Shown: piece after piece, positions 1 to 6,330 of the stretch | Layout of the letters: every line of letters begins with the position of its first letter | How positions within the stretch are numbered: the stretch's first letter is position 1 | DNA from: Nemertoderma westbladi | Taxonomy: Eukaryota > Animalia > Xenacoelomorpha | DNA: 64,000 nt | Assembly: GCA_032718475.1 (NCBI GenBank) | Contig: JAUCBJ010007253.1 | Location: forward strand, 62,001-126,000 | Direction of reading: 5' to 3' | Position numbers and translations under genes: made by a program | Notes under the pieces: generated by a model | Seen by the model: the letters and a program-made list of their open reading frames with translations, nothing else | The model's database searches: none | Told to the model about the DNA's origin: nothing

Positions 1-336
1 AAATATCTGGCGATCAAAGCAAGATATTTAAGCAAGTTAACCAGATACCAAGCGAAATTGCTCAAAGGTAATTGCAAAAAAACTGACCAGATTCAACGTT
101 TATTTACCAAGATGTATCAGATGTACTTTACAAGATATAAAACTAATAACACTGACACTTTATTTATTCATTCATAGGTGGTTAAATTACAAAATTATAC
201 TGCCAAAAAAGTTACTACTGAGAAATAAAACAAACAAACTAATTAATATAAAACCTACTAATTATTAAAAACCTTAGAAACATTTAAAAATAACTATTTA
301 TTACAGTTATATCACAGTTAAAGTTATAGCACTTTA

Positions 337-416
337 TTATAGTTAAACAGTACGAGTCGGTTTACTCGCCGAGCGCAGCGAGGCAATTAAAGTAGACGAG
401 TACTGTTTTCCTATAA
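337..416. repeat. Imperfect inverted repeat with an inner GC hairpin; possible end of a small non-autonomous element (Crypton- or Helentron-like), perhaps extending to ~610
   Basis: TATAGTTAAACAGTACGAGTC (338-358) pairs with GACGAGTACTGTTTTCCTATA (395-415) at 17/21 positions. It encloses CTCGC-CGAGCGCA-GCGAG (365-382). TTTCCTATA recurs at 602-610. The hairpin is directly visible; the family assignment is a guess from recalled motif similarity. Confidence 0.5.
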
Positions 417-1354
417 CGTGCTTTTAGCAGCGTTATATGTAATTTTATTCAAAAATTTAAACATTTCTTTCCTCTGTCAGTAACAACAGCGTCAATAAAA
501 GTTTAACTTTTATGTCCGCGCACACTTTTTTGTAAGCTCACACTATTACATTAAGTGAACCAAGGTACTGTCATTGTCATATTGTCATATTTTAGTTTCA
601 CTTTCCTATATCCTGTGCTGGTGTACCGGTAACAATCATCCAAGGCCTACTATAGAATACAGGGCGCGCAGCCAACTGGTACTTCCTGATAATTGAGGGC
701 CTAGAAATTATTATCAATAAGACGTCAATAGGTTCGATATTAGTAATGTTTATTGCTAGAACTTTACTTAAAATCCACTCTTGGGGTCAAATTATATGGC
801 GCACCCTAAGTAGGCCTTGCAATCAGCATATCAAACACTGCACGTTATACCGGTATGGTACGGTACATTGTATTAAAACAACGCCTCATCGGAAAGTAAT
901 ATTTAAATTTTTGAATAAAATTATTTTTCGATTAAAAAAAAGATAAAGTATATCTGCTAACTAAACAACCATTACAAAATAATCCTTCAATAAGCACAAT
1001 ATCATATGAAACAAATTTTCAGAGGAAATCAGAAATGTTTATAAGGCAATAGAATAACTATTAATTACACTTGCAAGGCAGGGATAAAGTACAACTTTAC
1101 AGAGTTCTTGTAGTTTGTTACTGTTGGTGAAAAACACCATACAAAACGTAAGGGCCAATGTGGTTAAGAAATAAATTTTAAGTAAGTACCACATCTATAC
1201 CTTAATTAAACTGTGCGATTAAAATCCTAAATGTGAGATATAACAATAATTTACAATTTAGATAAGCCAAAGTTAGAAAAAATACAACGATTTATAGTTC
1301 GAAATATATATATATACTGGCCAGCGTGAAAATATGTGCATGTTTCACAAACAA

Positions 1355-2231
1355 TTACAACTTTAAGTCCGAGAGAAGACTTGAGACTTTAGAAGATATT
1401 TCGGACGGTGGGACCCCAAAAATGTGCTCCAAAAAGAGCCACACAGGAAGCGATGCAGCCGGATACCGTAAGTAACACACGTTCGACAACTTAAAAGCTA
1501 GGTCAACACCTTGCAGAAGGGTTGGCCGCTGAAACCGAAGATCATTATAGATAACGACGCTCTGCGAGGAATCTTTAAGTAGAACTACAAATGGGTTTAC
1601 TTGCAAACCCATACGGGCATATTCAGATGACAAAGTCAGTATCTGTTTATCCATGGCTGCATGATCCACAGCCTCCATTATGAACGAACTCTTCGCATCA
1701 GAAATGGATGGGCGCCAAAACTTTCGATTAGATCGGGATATCTGTACAGACATCTTATTACAGAGCTTCTCTGTCAGCAAGAACAAACCTATCTTTGCAG
1801 TAGCAGTCTCGTTCAGATCACCAGGGTCAATGCTCCCTATTTTCTCCATCACAATCAGTTGGCGGCAAACATCAATGAAACTCGGGGTGAATAAGGCGTT
1901 TTCATTCAAGTCTGTTACATTTTTTACCACCTTCCACAAATGGACGAAATCGTGACAAATGCAATCATATACTATGCTATTGTCTAGCATGTATGGCAGA
2001 TCAGTGAGAATAATTGCCCCATGATAAAACCCGACTAAGCGGTACAATGTTGTTGCTATGAATTTACTTCTTTCAAAACCATTAAGTGTCAGATAGTTCA
2101 ACTCCTCTTCTACTTCCGCTTTAATGTCATCCACATTAAAACCACTTAGTGGTTGTTCAACACCCATAGCAGCTATGCCAACCGATTGACTTTCCTTTGA
2201 TGTTTTAAGTTTTTTCCTTACAGTTACGAAC
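1355..2231 (-). CDS. Last coding exon of a SAMD3-like / EnSpm-associated accessory protein
   Basis: The 270-aa ORF (1355-2167) extends upstream in frame to acceptor ACTTTTCAG|G at 2232/2231 (2230-2167=63 nt, in frame). Its C-terminal GVDLAFKLSNVCYLRYPAASLPVWLFLEHIFGV matches the recalled 'AxDxxFKxxxVxxLxYPxxxxxVWxFLxxxxxgi' motif of SAMD3-like proteins of animal CACTA elements. Confidence 0.8.
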
Positions 2232-2463
2232 CTGAAAAGTTAATACAAATATACTGTTATTAAAATCAACCGAACTTAAATACAGTATCGCATTTTCATT
2301 CATATATTCCAAAAATCCTATAATATAATCCAAAGATGCAATTCCAAAGATAGTACAATACTACCCCGTAGCCCCTACTGTTGTATAATGACTGCAAATA
2401 CGAAATGTCTAAATATATATGTTATGTTGTAGGCCTATACAATTAACTAAATATTCAACTTAC
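2232..2463 (-). other. 232-nt GT-AG spliceosomal intron (phase 2)
   Basis: Consensus donor AG|GTAAGT at 2464/2463, acceptor TTTTCAG|G at 2232/2231 and an AT-rich interior. Splicing removes the TAA at 2462-2460 and joins the two ORFs in frame as ...CGKLYNR-FVTVRKKLK... Confidence 0.85.
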
Positions 2464-3071
2464 CTATTATACAGTTTACCGCAAGCAACTTGTGTTTTAT
2501 AGTCTTTACTGGTTGCGGAATCTTTAACTTTCACCGACTTTGTCACCGTCTTTTTATAGAAATAGGTGTTTGCACGTTCGCTAGGAAATACCTTTGTAAT
2601 ATTAACGGCCCACTCTTGTAGTTGTTCGTGATTCAACCCAGCATCATAACACGAAGAGACTATAAGCGAAACCAACGTGCTTCTATGAGCTTCCCCAAAC
2701 GGCACCCCATTGCCACATCGTTTTAACAAATCACGGCCCTCTGCGGACATCCGCAGTATATCAACAAGACCATCTTGGCAGATGCGCACCTTAGCAGTAC
2801 TTGAATAAATTGGCACTGGTGGTTCAGGTATTCGTATTGGTGAACAAATATAGGACGACACAGTAGGAGAAATATCAGATTGCTCCATATTTGAATTTCC
2901 AGCACTTAGGCCTACATCAGGGGCAATCCCAGAAGCCGACTCTCCATCTCCTTTGGCATGTTTGACTGGCGGACATCCACAATAAGTACAAGCTTGCGAC
3001 TTACCCGTATCATCAGGCAAAAAGTATTCCGGACATTCACCTTCCTCACAATCCTTACAGTGAGTTCTCAT
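2464..3071 (-). CDS. First (visible) coding exon of the SAMD3-like protein, with an N-terminal Cys/His cluster
   Basis: Part of ORF 2460-3206. The first ~45 codons are AT-rich and look non-coding, so ATG 3071 (MRTHCKDC) or 3092 is the more plausible start; an upstream exon cannot be excluded. It encodes CKDCEEGECPEY...CTYCGCPPVKH (putative Zn-binding) and WAVNITKVFPSERANTYF...GKLYNR, which resembles the 'IxxxFPxExxxxYf...GKLyxr' motif. The spliced CDS is 608+877=1485 nt, or 494 aa plus stop. Confidence 0.75.
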
Positions 3072-3250
3072 AATACTATGAATATCCTTCATAATTAAAT
3101 TAATAGAAAATATTACAGAAATACAAACACCATACGAGTATAAAAAGCCTAATATGCTGTATGTATTATTATATATTGTGTGGTTGTAATAATTATTGCC
3201 AGTCATAAGGTTGTATAAAAGTAAGATGCAGCCTATATCTGTATATTAAA

Positions 3251-3324
3251 TATATAGGCCTACCGGTATATATATATATATACCAGTATACCGGTACATA
3301 TAATGGTACCGGTACTGATAGGCC
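3251..3324. repeat. (TA)n microsatellite embedded in short palindromes (TAGGCCTA, TACCGGTA, GGTACC)
   Basis: Reads tataggcctaccggtatatatatatatataccagtataccggtacatataatggtaccggtac directly. Confidence 0.7.
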
Positions 3325-3406
3325 CTTAAAATCGATGACGCAAAGCAACATAAAACTTTGAATGGCTAGAGTGGAGATGTAATGGCCATGTGGTAATGGC
3401 CATCTA

Positions 3407-3858
3407 CAGTTAAGAACACTGGTCACTTTCTGGCTGAAGCTCAGCCAAAAATTATCCACATATTTACAGCCAGAAACTGTCCGTGCAGCCACTATTTGTC
3501 CTTCACAGGCTACGATTATATTTTCGGACATATTTTGGCTGTAACTTCACTAGTCCTCAAAGCAGAAGCTGGGCACATAAGGCATAAGGCTGTAAGGAAG
3601 GGGACAATTTTTACTTTTAATATTAATGATGTTATCCCAACGATGAGATTCTAATTCTCAAATTAATTTATACAGAATTTTATGGCGGTTCTAATGGCAT
3701 AATTTTTAGAATGCCAATGTTAAAATTTCACTGCCGGTTTTCAAATGAAATTTAGCATTGTTTTCTATGGAGAAATTTCACTCTGAGAGCATTTTCCGCG
3801 GACACATTCTGGCTGTAAATTGGCAGATTGGACAAATTGTGACCAGTGTTCCTGACTG
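3407..3858. mobile_element. ~450-bp MITE nested upstream of the gene
   Basis: TIRs CAGTTAAGAACACTGGTCAC (3407-3426) and GTGACCAGTGTTCCTGACTG (3839-3858) match at 18/20. The subterminal inverted pair ATTTACAGCCAGAAACTGTCCG (3462-3483) / CGGACACATTCTGGCTGTAAAT (3799-3820) matches at 20/22, with a third copy at 3525-3544. The centre is AT-rich and non-coding. The flanks CTA / CTG give no exact TSD, so the superfamily is unresolved. Confidence 0.8.
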
Positions 3859-3859
3859 C

Positions 3860-4385
3860 TGGACTGGCCTACAGCAATGCAATACACAGCAGCACAGTAC
3901 TGCAGTCTGCAGTACAGCGCCTGCGCCTACCGCTTGCCACCTGCCGCGCTCCCGGTAGCGGTAGGGTAGGCCCCTAGCCTAATTCTGTAATTTCATGAAT
4001 TTTCGACATTAGTTCAGTAGGCAGTCATGGCAGTAGGCCAGGCAACCAAGAACTGAGGAAGGCCTAGTTTGCATTAACTACAGCTACCCAGAAGTCAGTA
4101 ACTGCATAACTACCGGCAGACCGGTACCGTACCGCTAGGCGCTAGATCGGTAACCGGTACGGGTACAGTAGGACAGCCTACCGGCAGACCGGTCCGGTAC
4201 GGTATGGAGGGAGAAGTATTACCGGTACCGGTACCAGTAAAGGTCAGAAATGGCATTACTGCCAGACTACACTCACACTGCAGCACTGTACTGCTGAACT
4301 GCTGTACTGCACTACCCTGTGTCCACCTGACAGCCTGACTTGACTGCATGGCTGGCTGCAGTGATACAGTGCCGGTACTGTATGC
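3860..4385. repeat. GC-richer cryptic-simplicity region made of short palindromic motifs (ACCGGT, GGTACC, CAGTACTG, CTGCAG, AGGCCT)
   Basis: These motifs recur densely, and TACCGGCAGACCGGT is duplicated at 4111 and 4179. The region lies 5' of the - strand gene, so it may include the promoter or 5' UTR (inference). Confidence 0.55.
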
Positions 4386-4608
4386 AAGTCTGCTTGTGTA
4401 GGTAACAAACCGCCAACATTTTCAAGATGATTTTCAACAAGATCCAGATGCCTAGATAAATATTGTCAAATTGACTTCATCTTGGTAATCTGATAAAATC
4501 CTTGAAACTTTTCCAAAGAAAATCTAGTAAAAAAGATCAAACAAGATTTTCTTTGCAATTTTACAAAGAAGTTTTTTTAGAGTGTATAAATAGTAAATAA
4601 TTAATAAA

Positions 4609-4881
4609 CTAATAACTTACTGTTGGACTATTGTACCTATTTTTACATTGCACACGGAGGTGAGATTTAACTGCAGATTTAAAAGAATGTTGATTATTTA
4701 GGTTTTTAATTTCATTAGGCAGAGCGTTCCAATTTTTAATACCATTAAACAAGAAGGTATCAGATTCGAAGGATTTACAATTCGGGAGGTAGAAGTTTGA
4801 AGCACTAGCTCTGGTACTGTAAGAGTGTGTATTGCGCATGCGCACTCTGTTGAATTTTTGTTTTAGGTAATTGGGACATTC
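4609..4881 (-). pseudogene. 5'-truncated LINE fragment: C-terminus of an L2/CR1-group (Crack/Daphne-like) ORF2
   Basis: Translates as ECPNYLKQKFNRVRMRNTHSYSTRASASNFYLPNCKSFESDTFLFNGIKNWNALPNEIKNLNNQHSFKSAVKSHL...stop. This matches the classic post-RT motif PxYL...HxYxTR...P...F...GxKxWNxLPxxIK...FKxxxKxxL. No RT core is present upstream. Confidence 0.85.
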
Positions 4882-4925
4882 AGATTCAGAAATGTCATCT
4901 GGAGTTAGGTGGTATCTAGGATGTA

Positions 4926-5144
4926 AAAAAAAAGCAAACAGTCGGCCGAAGCCGGAGGCGACCCGAAGGCTCCTCTTTCGATAGCTGCTACCCGAGAGGG
5001 TAGGGCTGGGCGCTACTCCTATCCCAAGTTTTGCTCCCAGTTATTTAACTGGTACTCATTCTATCGACCCCAGTGGATGAAAGGCTGAGTGGACCCTGGC
5101 AATAGATTGCAAGCCCGGCGCTCAACCAACTGAGCTACCCCGCC
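4926..5144 (-). mobile_element. tRNA-derived SINE with internal deletion (no B box)
   Basis: The - strand begins GGCGGGGTAGCTCAGTTGGTTGAGCGCCGGGCTTGCAATC (A box TAGCTCAGTTGG, 5137-5126). Next is a central GGTCCACTCAGCCTTTCATCC...GGGGTCGATAGAATGAGTACCAG block of the type conserved in many metazoan SINEs, then a hairpin-rich tail (GAGCCTTCGGGTCGCCTCCGGCTTCGGCCG) and a T-run. A possible 5-bp TSD ATGTA lies at 4921-4925 and 5145-5149. Confidence 0.85.
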
Positions 5145-6330
5145 ATGTATTGTGTAAATCGTTATAATTCTAATGTTTTTTTGTTTTATTCTAGGATAAT
5201 AATAGTGGTGGCAAAAAAAGTAAACTTTTTTGGTCGAGCGATATTATTTGGCGAGCGTAGCAAGACATGATGTCATGTTGATGAAATGATGACCATAAAG
5301 AAAAAACTCTTTTAAAACTCTCCATCTTGTTTCTTCATTACGCGTAATTAATATTTTAGAATTCAGTAAAAAAAATCATCTAGAATTGTAGCGATTTACG
5401 CCTCAAATTTTTAGGCGAGTCAATCTAGCCGAAAAAGGGGGTCAACCCGTAACAAATTCGCAATTCATCCATTCATTATTGTGGTTTTCAAACTAAAACA
5501 AATAAATAAATTACACCTAAAATCAATAGAGCAATCACAATTTAATTATGTGAAAAATCTTCAGTAATATTAATGGAAATTATGAAATTTCCTTGCAGTG
5601 GAATTGTATAATTTTTTTACAACGGTTACCTTATCGTGAAGTTTTAGATATATTTAAAAATTTCATACGGACTTCTAGTTTCCGAGATATAGCAATTAAT
5701 GTGTAACACGCCAGTGTAAATATTACTAATTTCCCATTGAATCACAGCTTATTGTGAAATTAATTAAATTATTCTGGAACATCACCATTTGCTACTTACT
5801 TTTCCCTACTGTTCCTTTTGTTTGGTTTGTGTTATGTAAATTTACGCAGATTTTCCATGAATAAACATAAGATCCGCAAAATAAAATTTTATAGACTTTT
5901 TTTTGGTCATTTATAAGGTAATTTAGAGTCCAAAATGTGTGGTTCGGATTGATTGCGAAATACTCATGGGTTTTTTGCTACATTGACTCGACTATTTGGT
6001 ATCTTGCCAAAAACAACTCATTCAATACACCAATGCTAGATACCGCGACAAAATTTACAATTTAGGTTTTCGATAATATCTTTGACAATTTTTGGTAAAA
6101 TTTAAAACGGGTTTCAGATTCGGAATATGCAGATGACACAGCGGTTCAAATATTATCTGGATTTCATTGCAAAGGCGAATAATAAAGCCGACGGAGGCTA
6201 AGTATTGCCAAATATACGATTTTAAATGGCTTCTTGTATCGAAATAGATCAGAAATGGAAAACGTTGTAATAATGACAACAATTCTGCACTTCTACTCTT
6301 GGCTTTAAATTTCCCTTTTGATAGTGGCCA

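Larger units (their letters stand above)
1..4584 (-). mobile_element. Probable non-autonomous CACTA/EnSpm (CMC superfamily) DNA transposon, left end outside window
   Basis: The - strand read from 4584 gives CACTCTAAAAAAACTTCTTTG, a CACT + A-run terminus like those of animal EnSpm elements, flanked by TA (4585-4586). Clustered CAAGAT/CCAGAT motifs occur at 1-140 and 4420-4550. Exact inverted matches between the two zones: TTACCAAGATG (104-114) vs CATCTTGGTAA (4478-4488), and AATTGCAAA (70-78) vs TTTGCAATT (4552-4560). The internal gene resembles EnSpm accessory ORFs. No transposase is visible, and the second terminus and TSD cannot be seen. Confidence 0.65.

Noticed and set aside
150-160. CACTG at 150 as the left CACTA terminus
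   Set aside because: It does not match the CACTCTAAAAAAA right end, and the subterminal motifs lie outside it (1-140), so the true end should be further left.
746-946. 66-aa + strand ORF
   Set aside because: Short, with no recognisable motif, and in AT-rich sequence downstream of the - strand gene; probably a chance ORF.
1661-1955. Two + strand ORFs (77 and 91 aa)
   Set aside because: They are antisense shadows of the real - strand exon.
2723-2905. 60-aa - strand ORF
   Set aside because: It is an alternative frame inside the main exon with no independent support.
3072-3531. N-terminal extension to ATG 3206 and the 112-aa ORF 3193-3531
   Set aside because: The extension is AT-rich low-complexity sequence. 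The 112-aa ORF crosses a (TA)n tract and the MITE boundary, so it is unlikely to be coding.
3758-4349. ORFs 3758-3958 (+) and 4110-4349 (-)
   Set aside because: They are translations of the MITE end and the palindromic low-complexity DNA (TGTG/PVPV patterns come from ACCGGT repeats).
5100-5144. Functional tRNA gene
   Set aside because: Only the 5' half (A box and anticodon-like loop) is present. There is no T arm/B box or acceptor stem, and it runs into a SINE body.
6055-6282. 75-aa - strand ORF next to the satellite
   Set aside because: It has a non-ATG start, no recognisable domain and no clear splice context.
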